A DNA stretch of 21,990 bases from Methanobacteriaceae archaeon. GTDB taxonomy: Archaea; Methanobacteriota; Methanobacteria; Methanobacteriales; Methanobacteriaceae. The stretch spans positions 1-21,990 of the forward strand of contig PWMT01000070.1 in assembly GCA_003558085.1 (NCBI GenBank), written 5' to 3'. Under the pieces are notes generated by a model, which had not been told where the DNA came from, did not search any database, and saw nothing but the letters and a program-made list of their open reading frames with translations. Position numbers and translations under genes: made by a program. Positions 1-7,702 of this stretch are shown here, piece after piece; positions within the stretch are counted from its first letter, which is position 1, and each line of letters starts with the position of its first letter.

Positions 1-528
1 ATCTTCAATTTCTTCTCCCTGGATTATACCGTAGCGTTCTATTTTATGGGAGGGTACCTCTTCCACTGCCAGTACAGAAGCCTGGTACTTTTTATGCACT
101 TCCATTAATTGTTGAGTGCAAGGTATCTGAGAGCGGGTGATAGTATCCCCTAAAAGTACAGCGAAAGATTCACCATCGATGTGTTTACGGGCGCAGTAGA
201 TAGCATCACCTAAACCTTTCTGTTTTTTCTGCCGCACATAATATATATCTGCCAGTTCACTGATATATTCCACTTCTTGTAAAACATCTTTTTTCCCATT
301 TTCCCTGAGGAATGATTCCAATTCAAAGGCACGGTCAAAATGATCTTCAATGGAACGCTTACCTTTACCGGTGATGATCAAAATATCATCAATTCCAGAG
401 GCCACTGCTTCTTCCACCACGTATTGGATGGTGGGTTTATCAAATACTGGTAACATTTCCTTAGGTTGTGCTTTGGTTACTGGTAAAAAACGGGTTCCTA
501 AACCAGCTGCGGGTATTACTGCCTTCAT
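1..528 (-). CDS. galU: UTP-glucose-1-phosphate uridylyltransferase (3' end runs off the window)
   Basis: Manual translation from ATG at 528 gives [65 protein letters not shown], the GalU signature. GGTGA SD upstream. Absent from the ORF track, presumably because it is truncated by the window edge. Confidence 0.95.
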   Translation of the reverse strand, partial: MKAVIPAAGLGTRFLPVTKAQPKEMLPVFDKPTIQYVVEEAVASGIDDILIITGKGKRSIEDHFDRAFELESFLRENGKKDVLQEVEYISELADIYYVRQKKQKGLGDAIYCARKHIDGESFAVLLGDTITRSQIPCTQQLMEVHKKYQASVLAVEEVPSHKIERYGIIQGEEIED

Positions 529-788
529 AAATTCACCATGATAATCTAACTGAATAACTATTTAACTTAATTTCTATTATGATCTTATTTATAGGCTTTG
601 ATTTGTAACTAAACTGGAAATAAAAAGTAAGGATTTTAAACTAAACTAGCTTATAATTTCTATAATAGTAAAGCAGTCTACTACCTTAAAATTTTCTATG
701 ATAATTATATCATCCACTATAATACTAGCAATCTAGTTTATATGTTTACTACCCAAAGAGGCTCAACCCCAGGCCATACTAAAATCAG

Positions 789-1082
789 TTAAAGATTATT
801 TATAATTTGGCTTAAATCATTTTTAGTCATACCATAAATCTTGATAGTTTTCTCCCGGCTTTTAATACCCGAAACTATTTTCACCTCATGCTGAGTGAGA
901 GACGTGAATTCCTGAATAATCTCCTGATTAGCCTTACCCTTCTTTGGAGGAGACCTTACTGTTATTTTTATTCTCTTTCGCCATTGATTATAAGAGTTAA
1001 TGGAAAAACTTGACGCTCCAGTTGAAACCAGTATATCCACCAATACACCATCCTCAACTTCCTCAATAGCCTGCATAAACAT
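789..1082 (-). CDS. DUF167/YggU (UPF0235) family protein
   Basis: 97 aa with the motif 'ITVRSPPKKGKANQEII...IVSGIKSREK' typical of DUF167. Confidence 0.9.
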   Translation of the reverse strand: MFMQAIEEVEDGVLVDILVSTGASSFSINSYNQWRKRIKITVRSPPKKGKANQEIIQEFTSLTQHEVKIVSGIKSREKTIKIYGMTKNDLSQIINNL

Positions 1083-1266
1083 AAATCCATAAATAATCCT
1101 TTATAATATTTCCCCCAGACCCCCCTCAAAAAAAAAAATTAGTAAAAAATTGTTTACAGGATGTAGATTTATACCATTAGCAGTAATCACTGGGGAAAAA
1201 AATTAAGGGTAGAAAATATTATATAAAAATAAATAGATAGTCTATATGCCTAAAGGTGGTGAAATT

Positions 1267-1395
1267 ATGGTGGCTAAAAAAGGTGAAGAATACGTATGCG
1301 AAGTCTGTGGATTAGCAGTTAACATAGTAGACGAATGTGGCTGTGAAGAATGTGCCATAGTCTGCTGTGAAGTACCAATGAAGAAAAAAGAATAA
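1267..1395 (+). CDS. Small desulforedoxin-like Cys-rich protein (42 aa)
   Basis: MVAKKGEEYVCEVCGLAVNIVDECGCEECAIVCCEVPMKKKE has the desulforedoxin pattern YxCxxCG...V...VCC.xPM. SD GGTGGTGA at 1255-1262, TTATATAA at 1219-1226, T-tracts after the stop. In-frame alternative ATG at 1246. Confidence 0.85.
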   Translation: MVAKKGEEYVCEVCGLAVNIVDECGCEECAIVCCEVPMKKKE

Positions 1396-1510
1396 TTTAA
1401 CTATTTTTATTTATCTTTTTTCTTAGACTGCTTATAGGAGCAAAACTTAAATACTTGATACTAGTAAAGTCTGGAATACTCTAATTTTTTTTAAATAGTT
1501 TTTAGTGTTT

Positions 1511-1594
<84 letters not shown>

Positions 1595-1682
1595 CTTAAA
1601 TCAAATTATATCATTAACTATTCTAATCAAATAGAATTTAAACTATAATACTAATGCCCTTTTATAAAGAATTTTATCAGCA

Positions 1683-2099
1683 TTAATCCACCCTTATTTC
1701 CACTTTCAATTCTTTTTTAGCTTTTAAATCCTCTATTAAATCTGGATTTAAATCACAGGCGGCCTTATCTGCTTTTATCATTAAGGTGCGGCTACAGATA
1801 AACTCACTTTTACGGCAAACTATATCTGTGGGATGATCCAGGCTAAGTTTATGGTGGCCCTGTCCTTTGATTTCATCCCAATTATTATTGGTACTTAAAA
1901 TAACTCTTATTAGCGCATCATCCCTAGATATGGCTGATTTTAATTCCTCTGGAAAATCTAGCATGGTTCTATCAGCTTTAACACCCACGATACAATCTGC
2001 TTGCTTTCCAATTTCTTTATCCCAAGTTATCTCTAAGGTGGTGCGGTGTTGGGAACTAACATGGGGATGGCCCCAGGCTTTTAAGATGTAATTAATCAT
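1683..2099 (-). CDS. DUF371 family protein (archaeal conserved)
   Basis: Motifs 'GHPHVSSQHRTTLEIT', 'DCIVGVKAD', 'LSLDHPTDIVCRKSEF...RTLMIKADKAACDL'. GAGGT SD at 2110-2106. Confidence 0.9.
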   Translation of the reverse strand: MINYILKAWGHPHVSSQHRTTLEITWDKEIGKQADCIVGVKADRTMLDFPEELKSAISRDDALIRVILSTNNNWDEIKGQGHHKLSLDHPTDIVCRKSEFICSRTLMIKADKAACDLNPDLIEDLKAKKELKVEIRVD

Positions 2100-2157
2100 T
2101 ATAAAACCTCAAAATAAAAATATAATAGGATCTTATCCTTATAGTAGAGTATACTGT

Positions 2158-2380
2158 AGTTCCTATATGGCCCTTGTAAAAAAAAGCATTTTTTATAGAA
2201 AACGATTAGTTTTAACTGATAAAAGACCGGTATTAATTAAAAAATTACTGTCTCTCTGGTCTTAACGTATAATCTCTGAAAATTTAGGGTTTGTTAATGT
2301 AGAAAAATTGCCATGAATAATATCAATTAACCGTTTGCCTTTAAATCACCCCCATGGTAATGAAAGGCCATATAGAAACT
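2158..2380. repeat. Element of about 223 bp bounded by 18-bp imperfect inverted repeats (possible ncRNA, structured leader or MITE relic)
   Basis: 2158-2175 AGTTCCTATATGGCCCTT versus 2363-2380 AAAGGCCATATAGAAACT is 16/18 complementary. Internal inverted pairs include AAGACC (2223-2228)/GGTCTT (2258-2263). Confidence 0.55.
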
Positions 2381-2673
2381 CCACATGTAATATGAGTTTA
2401 TTTTTTTATATAAATCTTACTAAAACTAAAATTTAGATAAAAGTAGCTTATGGGATAAAACTAATTTAAAAACTCAAATAATATCTCTAGGAAATAGTTT
2501 TGCTTATAAAGATATTTTTTTTATCAGAAACATCTTACTATTCCCCATAGATTCTAGATGAATTATATCATTATGAACCTCTTAGTGGAGGATATTGGAT
2601 GATTTAAATGTTTATGATCATTGATGATCTAATTAAAGATATAATAATTTTATAAAAATAGAATGAAATTTGA

Positions 2674-2700
2674 TTTCCAGGATCACTGCTATCCTGGAAA
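2674..2700. repeat. Perfect 10-bp inverted repeat with 7-nt spacer (hairpin or operator)
   Basis: TTTCCAGGAT-CACTGCT-ATCCTGGAAA. Confidence 0.7.
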
Positions 2701-2929
2701 CTTTAGACCGTTTTAATTTAGATGAAGATTTAATCATCTCTTATTTGCACTTAATAGAAGTTGGTTAGTTACAAGGCTATATGTCTCAAGCATCCTTTTA
2801 GTCCCAGTGAAATTGTATTAAATTCCCCCTACTTCAAAAGAGCCTCTTATCCTAGTTCATTATTTTTGAGGTTTAGCAGTTATTTTGTTTACTTTCCCCG
2901 GCTCGATCCACTTCATTAAAATATTTTAG

Positions 2930-3355
2930 TTAATGCACGGTTAAAACCGGACATTTAGCACCCCTTACTACTTTCTCCGCCACGCTACCTAAAATGAAAC
3001 GTTCTAAGCGGTGTTTACCTGAGGCACCCATAACTATCATGTCGATATTTTCTTCTTCAGCTGTTTTAAGTATTTGTTGAGAGGCAGAACCTTCTTTAAT
3101 CATATAACTTTTTTCAATTTCAGTGGTAAAGGAGGTATCTTTTTCTAGATCTTTGAAGATTTGGGATATGTTTTCTAAAGCGACATCACTTTCTTTTCTT
3201 AAAACTTCAGTGGTTAAACCAGAAGTAGGTCTGGTTTCCATGACACTTAAAACGTAGATCATGGAATTAAATTTCCTAGCTATAACCAAAGCATGTTTAG
3301 CTGCGTTTTCACTACCTTCAGATCCATCAGTGGTTAATAATATTTTTTCATACAT
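2930..3355 (-). CDS. Universal stress protein (UspA family), copy 1
   Basis: N-terminal '[15 protein letters not shown]'. C-terminal '[37 protein letters not shown]' is the USP ATP-binding motif G-x2-G-x9-GS. Confidence 0.95.
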   Translation of the reverse strand: MYEKILLTTDGSEGSENAAKHALVIARKFNSMIYVLSVMETRPTSGLTTEVLRKESDVALENISQIFKDLEKDTSFTTEIEKSYMIKEGSASQQILKTAEEENIDMIVMGASGKHRLERFILGSVAEKVVRGAKCPVLTVH

Positions 3356-3637
3356 ACCAGTTCACCTGATTCTATTAAAATACCAATTTTAATTATTAAT
3401 GTTTTTGTTAAAAGTTATTTATAACTTAAGGGTATTTTATTATTATTCATTTTAATAGGGCATAAATAGTCAGTTCCTCTTTAACAATTGCTTCGCTTGA
3501 ACGTAAGTGTATGGAAGCTAAATTTGGTGCTTTTAATTAATATTGTGGTGTTACTAGTTAGGGCTTATTAGAAGACTGCATGCACAAATCTCATTTTTTA
3601 AAACCCTTAAAAATACTTTAATATTAATTCTATTTTT

Positions 3638-4744
3638 TTAATCATTTTTATTAGGCTTAACACCTGTTTTTTCCATCATTTTACAGATTTCTTTCATTCT
3701 TTCATTTTTAGGCATCATTTGCATCTTTTTGGAATTATTCATGGTTTCCATCATTTTCTGACACATCTGCCTCAAAACAGACTCATCCATATTCTCCATC
3801 ATCATCATACACATATCCTTCATCATGGAATCCATTTTATCACCCTTTAATTTAGCATTTATTTTATCAAATTTGTTTTTTATCTCCCCATATCCTTTTT
3901 TAACGAATGGACACTCTTCTATACAGAAGGTACATCCTTCACTACAGCCTATAAATTTATCTGCTATTAGATCTATTTCTTTATCTCCACAGCAACCTTC
4001 TTTTTCTAGCAGCGCTTTTTCTGGACAATTTTTGATACATTTAGCACATCGCTGACAGTAATCAGGTATCCAGTTATGTTCATTAACCTTTTTTAGGGGT
4101 AGGTTTGCTATACTAACAAATATGGTGGAAATCTTTACTCTGGAACCTAATTCCGGAGTTATTAAAAGACCATTTTTACCCCTACATCCTAATCCTGCTT
4201 TCTCCGCTAAGGCTGAGAAGTTGACAATGCCACTAAGAGGTGGTAAAACTTCGGTGGCAAAGCCATTTTTTCTAAGATAGTCCGATAGTTTATAAGTTAT
4301 TTTAGTTAATTTTTCATATGCTAAATCATTTAATCTCTGTGCTTCCTCACCAGGAGCGGTTTCAATGATTTCTTTACTCATTTCCATAGTTAGTACCATG
4401 GCATGGGGGTACTGGATAAATTTATCCACAATTAATAGTTCAGGAGTAAGATGTGCATATCCCATACTTTTAATACCAATTGATCGGGCGTAATTTTCAA
4501 ATTCCTGGATAAAATCACTATTTGCCCTATATTTGGGCTGAGGCGGATTATCTAGCCGTGATTGATCAGGATATTTAACTGCTCCACAGCCACAGCCACA
4601 CTCCGATTCTGCCTCTAAAATCAGATTATCTCCATTTTCTTCATCTTGGCCTGTCTCATTTTCATTAAATGATAAATTTTTATCTTTAATTACTTTTTTT
4701 GTGAATTCTACGTCTTCGCAGCAGTGAGTTTTATTATTTTCCAT
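3638..4744 (-). CDS. Reductive dehalogenase/epoxyqueuosine reductase (RdhA/QueG)-like 4Fe-4S protein with a Met-rich C-terminal extension
   Basis: '[31 protein letters not shown]' followed by '[12 protein letters not shown]' and '[14 protein letters not shown]' is the RdhA/QueG corrinoid + 2x[4Fe-4S] core. GGGAG SD upstream. Confidence 0.85.
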   Translation of the reverse strand: MENNKTHCCEDVEFTKKVIKDKNLSFNENETGQDEENGDNLILEAESECGCGCGAVKYPDQSRLDNPPQPKYRANSDFIQEFENYARSIGIKSMGYAHLTPELLIVDKFIQYPHAMVLTMEMSKEIIETAPGEEAQRLNDLAYEKLTKITYKLSDYLRKNGFATEVLPPLSGIVNFSALAEKAGLGCRGKNGLLITPELGSRVKISTIFVSIANLPLKKVNEHNWIPDYCQRCAKCIKNCPEKALLEKEGCCGDKEIDLIADKFIGCSEGCTFCIEECPFVKKGYGEIKNKFDKINAKLKGDKMDSMMKDMCMMMMENMDESVLRQMCQKMMETMNNSKKMQMMPKNERMKEICKMMEKTGVKPNKND

Positions 4745-5024
4745 GTTTTTAACTCCCTAATAGATTTTTAGTTAGGATTTAATTAGCATATAACTTTATG
4801 AGATTATTAATCGATGATTTTTGCATTCTTCAATTATTTTCTATACTTTTAATCAGTGATTAAAGATTATTTTATCTGATGTAAAATTTAAGTGATATTA
4901 GATTTTTAGATGTCTTTAAACAATTTTTTTGATAAATTTTCTTTAATTTATTTTAATTATCAATGCGCAGGTGATGTTAACTGCAATAGATCATTTTTTA
5001 GGAGATCACTCTAATTACATATTA

Positions 5025-5048
5025 ATATATTCAAATATATAAATTTAA
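5025..5048. promoter_or_regulatory. Putative second ArsR-type operator overlapping a minus-strand TATA box
   Basis: ATATATTCAAATATATAAATTTAA matches the reverse complement of 7541-7564 at 21/24 positions. TTTATATA on the minus strand at 5043-5036. Very AT-rich, so tentative. Confidence 0.35.
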
Positions 5049-5169
5049 TGATGGGGGGGAGTTCAGATCAATGCATAAAAAAAAATCAATTAACTGCTAG
5101 GGACAAGTATGTACACCGGTGAATTTTTTTAATCATTTAAAATATCTAAAATAAATAGATTAAATATGA

Positions 5170-5595
5170 TTAATGAATAGTTAAAACAGGACATTTAGCA
5201 TCTCTAACCACTTTTTCAGCCACACTTCCCAGTACGAATCTCTCCAGACGGTGTTTACCAGACGCGCCCATAATAATAAGGTCTATTTCTTTTTCTTCAG
5301 CAGTTTTTAGAATCTCATCTGCTGGAGTGCCCTCCCTCATCAAGAAACATCTTTTTATACCTTCCCTAAAGCCTTCATTTTTTTCTAATTCTCTAAACAT
5401 CTTAGATACATCATCTAAGGCCAGTTCCCCCTCTCTTTTCAAAATATCAATGGTCACCCCGGAGGTGGGTCTGGTTTCCATGACATTTAAAACATAAATC
5501 GTGGAACCAAATTTATGGGCCATTAACAGGGCAGGTTTTACAGCATTTTTACTACCCTCTGAACCATCAGTAGGTAATAATATTTTATCGTACAT
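5170..5595 (-). CDS. Universal stress protein (UspA family), copy 2
   Basis: Same USP motifs as copy 1. 141 aa, 89/141 identical to 2930-3355 without gaps (hand count). Confidence 0.95.
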   Translation of the reverse strand: MYDKILLPTDGSEGSKNAVKPALLMAHKFGSTIYVLNVMETRPTSGVTIDILKREGELALDDVSKMFRELEKNEGFREGIKRCFLMREGTPADEILKTAEEKEIDLIIMGASGKHRLERFVLGSVAEKVVRDAKCPVLTIH

Positions 5596-5607
5596 AATAA
5601 TCGCTCC

Positions 5608-5868
5608 CTAAAATCTGATAATTTTTTCATTATCACTCATCAACTCTTCTAATCTACCTTCTTTAATAAGATCTAACTTAACTTTGCTCCATACGTTATA
5701 CTTTTTATAAAATTTCCTTATACTTTCCTTGTCAGAGAAGATAATTGCCTCATTCTTACACAATGTTGCGCAAGTTGCACATCCCCACTACACAATTATA
5801 TGGTTGGTTTACAATCGGGTCCATTATTAGTCCATTTATATACTTTTTTTTCCGCAGTTCATACACAT
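5608..5868 (-). pseudogene. Frameshifted, N-terminally truncated 4Fe-4S ferredoxin-family gene
   Basis: Removing one base from each of three homopolymer runs (A8, C3, G4 on the coding strand) gives MCMNCGKKVYKWTNNGPIVNQPYNCVVGCATCATLCKNEAIIFSDKESIRKFYKKYNVWSKVKLDLIKEGRLEELMSDNEKIIRF*, containing a CxxxCxxCxxxC ferredoxin motif. An in-frame TAG immediately precedes the ATG. Confidence 0.75.
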
Positions 5869-5913
5869 CTAATCCCTAATTATTTAAGTCGAATATAAAG
5901 CCCTGTATGATTA

Positions 5914-7101
5914 TCATCTATCCTCCATATCACAGGTTATTTCCTCTTCCTCTTCCTTACATATCCCCCCATCTTTTTTTTCTGCTTTTTCATCGCATGG
6001 AGGTAATCCCAACTTACATTCATCATATAATCCACAGTATCTTTTGGATACACGTACCAATATGAGCATCAAAGGCACTTCAATTAAAACCCCCACTACA
6101 GTGGCCAGTGCGGCACCAGAACCCACACCAAAAATGAGAGTGGTGGTGGCAATAGCCACCTCAAAATGATTAGAAGCTCCAATCAAGGAAGCAGGAGCAG
6201 CGTCTTCATAGGCAAGCTTAAGTTTTCTAGCCAAGAAAAAATAACTAAAAATATAAACCAATATTGCAGTAACAAAAATAGGTATAGCAATCCACAATAT
6301 AGTTAGGGGATTAGCTACAATTATCTCTCCCTGATAGGTAAAGAGTAATATCAGGGTACCTAATAAAGCAATTATGCTAACTGGTTGAATTAATCGCAAA
6401 AATTTTCTCTCAAACCATTCCCACCCTTTATTTTTAACAATCCATATTCGAGAATAGTATCCTGTAACCAAGGGGAAAACTACGTATATTGCTACTGAAA
6501 ATGCTATGGTCTGCCATGGTACTGGCACCTCCGCTATCCCCGTCAGTAAGGTGGCTAGAGGTGCATAAACTACTACCATGATTACAGAATTTATAGCAAT
6601 CATGATCAAAGTCAGCCCATCATTACCTCGGGCCAGATAATTCCACATTAAAACCATAGCTGTGCAGGGGGCTATACCCAAGATTATTGTCCCGGCTAGA
6701 TAACTACGCCAAAGTTCAATTTGCTGTCCAGTGGCAATTATCTCTGTTCCTGGTAAAAAACCTACAAATAAGAATCCTAAAAAAAATGAGGCGATAAGAA
6801 ACATGGCAAATGGTTCAATTAACCAATTGAGGAATAAGGTTAATAATACAGGACGGGGTGCTTTAGCTGCCTCTAAAACCTGCCCAAAATCGATTCTAAC
6901 CATAATAGGATAAACCATGAAAAATAAGGCAACGGCTATGGGTATAGATATATTGAAAACCGTGTACTGATCTAAAGTCACTGCTAAATCAGGGAAAGTT
7001 CTACCTAATAAAATCCCGGAGATAATGCAAATAAAAACAAATATTGTGAGATATTTTTCAAAAAAGGACAGATTCTTACTGGTTAAACGCCTGTTATCCA
7101 T
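5914..7101 (-). CDS. acr3: Acr3-family arsenite efflux transporter
   Basis: About 10 TM segments with 'APCTAMV', 'IGASNHFEVAIA' and 'LATVVGVLIEVP'. Start placed at ATG 7101 because the track's GTG at 7110 lies within the AGGTG SD. Confidence 0.95.
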   Translation of the reverse strand: MDNRRLTSKNLSFFEKYLTIFVFICIISGILLGRTFPDLAVTLDQYTVFNISIPIAVALFFMVYPIMVRIDFGQVLEAAKAPRPVLLTLFLNWLIEPFAMFLIASFFLGFLFVGFLPGTEIIATGQQIELWRSYLAGTIILGIAPCTAMVLMWNYLARGNDGLTLIMIAINSVIMVVVYAPLATLLTGIAEVPVPWQTIAFSVAIYVVFPLVTGYYSRIWIVKNKGWEWFERKFLRLIQPVSIIALLGTLILLFTYQGEIIVANPLTILWIAIPIFVTAILVYIFSYFFLARKLKLAYEDAAPASLIGASNHFEVAIATTTLIFGVGSGAALATVVGVLIEVPLMLILVRVSKRYCGLYDECKLGLPPCDEKAEKKDGGICKEEEEEITCDMEDR

Positions 7102-7176
7102 GGAAAACACCTTTAAACTTTTTTAAAGCTTAGGAGGATATTCACCTAATATAGTTCCACTCAAATTGAAAGGAGT

Positions 7177-7521
7177 TCATTTTTTGAGGAAATGGCCTAT
7201 TATCTCTATAATTTGAGGATCAGATAGTTGATAATGCATCCATATACCCTCTTTTCGCCATTTAAGCAATCCTACATTTTTTAGAATACTAAGGTGATGT
7301 GATACTGTTGGTTGGGGTTTTTCTAATACTGCGATGATTTCACAAGCACATAACTCACCATGTCTTAGTAAATAAATAATTTTAAGTCTAGTGGGATCTG
7401 AGATGGCCTTGAATATCCCTGCCATTGTGTATAACTCTTCATCAGAGGGTACTTTTTCTCTAAGTTTGTATATTTGTTCATTATCTAGAGTCTCTCCAGT
7501 AGCGGTGGGGCAAGTATTCAT
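7177..7521 (-). CDS. arsR: ArsR/SmtB-family metalloregulatory repressor
   Basis: 'FKAISDPTRLKIIYLL..GELCACEI...QPTVSHHLSILK' winged HTH with a CxC metal(loid) site. Directly upstream of acr3. Confidence 0.9.
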   Translation of the reverse strand: MNTCPTATGETLDNEQIYKLREKVPSDEELYTMAGIFKAISDPTRLKIIYLLRHGELCACEIIAVLEKPQPTVSHHLSILKNVGLLKWRKEGIWMHYQLSDPQIIEIIGHFLKK

Positions 7522-7540
7522 AAATCTACTATCAATAAGC

Positions 7541-7564
7541 TTATATTTAAATATTTGGATATAT
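7541..7564 (-). promoter_or_regulatory. arsR promoter/operator: imperfect palindrome over the TATA box; transcript probably leaderless
   Basis: ATATTTAAAT-ATTTGGATAT is an imperfect palindrome. Minus-strand TTTAAATA at 7551-7544 ends 22 nt before the ATG at 7521. No SD in front of arsR. Confidence 0.55.
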
Positions 7565-7589
7565 TGATTTAAATTAGAAAAAGTTATAT

Positions 7590-7644
7590 TTATACTAATA
7601 TCTACCAGATAAGAACTTATACTAATATCCTGACCAGATAAGAC
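7590..7644. repeat. Imperfect tandem duplication, two units of 27-28 bp
   Basis: TTATACTAATATCTACCAGATAAGAAC (7590-7616) followed by TTATACTAATATCCTGACCAGATAAGAC (7617-7644). Confidence 0.8.
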
Positions 7645-7702
7645 TTCACTCTCTAAATAAGTATTTTACATATAAAAAAAAAATTAAAAATTAGGATTTA
7701 GA

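Noticed and set aside
350-541. 63-aa + strand ORF in the track
   Set aside because: Antisense shadow of galU, which is clearly the real gene.
1109-1199. 10-nt imperfect inverted repeat TTTCCCCCAG/CTGGGGAAAA upstream of DUF167
   Set aside because: Short and low complexity. The nearby TATA has a BRE-like flank only in the + orientation, where it serves the desulforedoxin-like ORF.
3426-3610. Possible IS remnant: 8-bp inverted repeat TTAAGGGT/ACCCTTAA around a stop-interrupted frame containing RKCMEAKFG
   Set aside because: Only a loose resemblance to a transposase R-x3-E-x2-F motif, with no Y or K. The repeat is too short to be significant. A tblastx against IS sequences would be needed.
3638-4744. 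Respiratory organohalide reductase (rdhAB)
   Set aside because: No Tat signal or membrane-anchor gene. Only family-level similarity can be supported.
7590-7644. CRISPR mini-array
   Set aside because: Two abutting units with no spacer and no cas genes. Reported as a tandem duplication instead.
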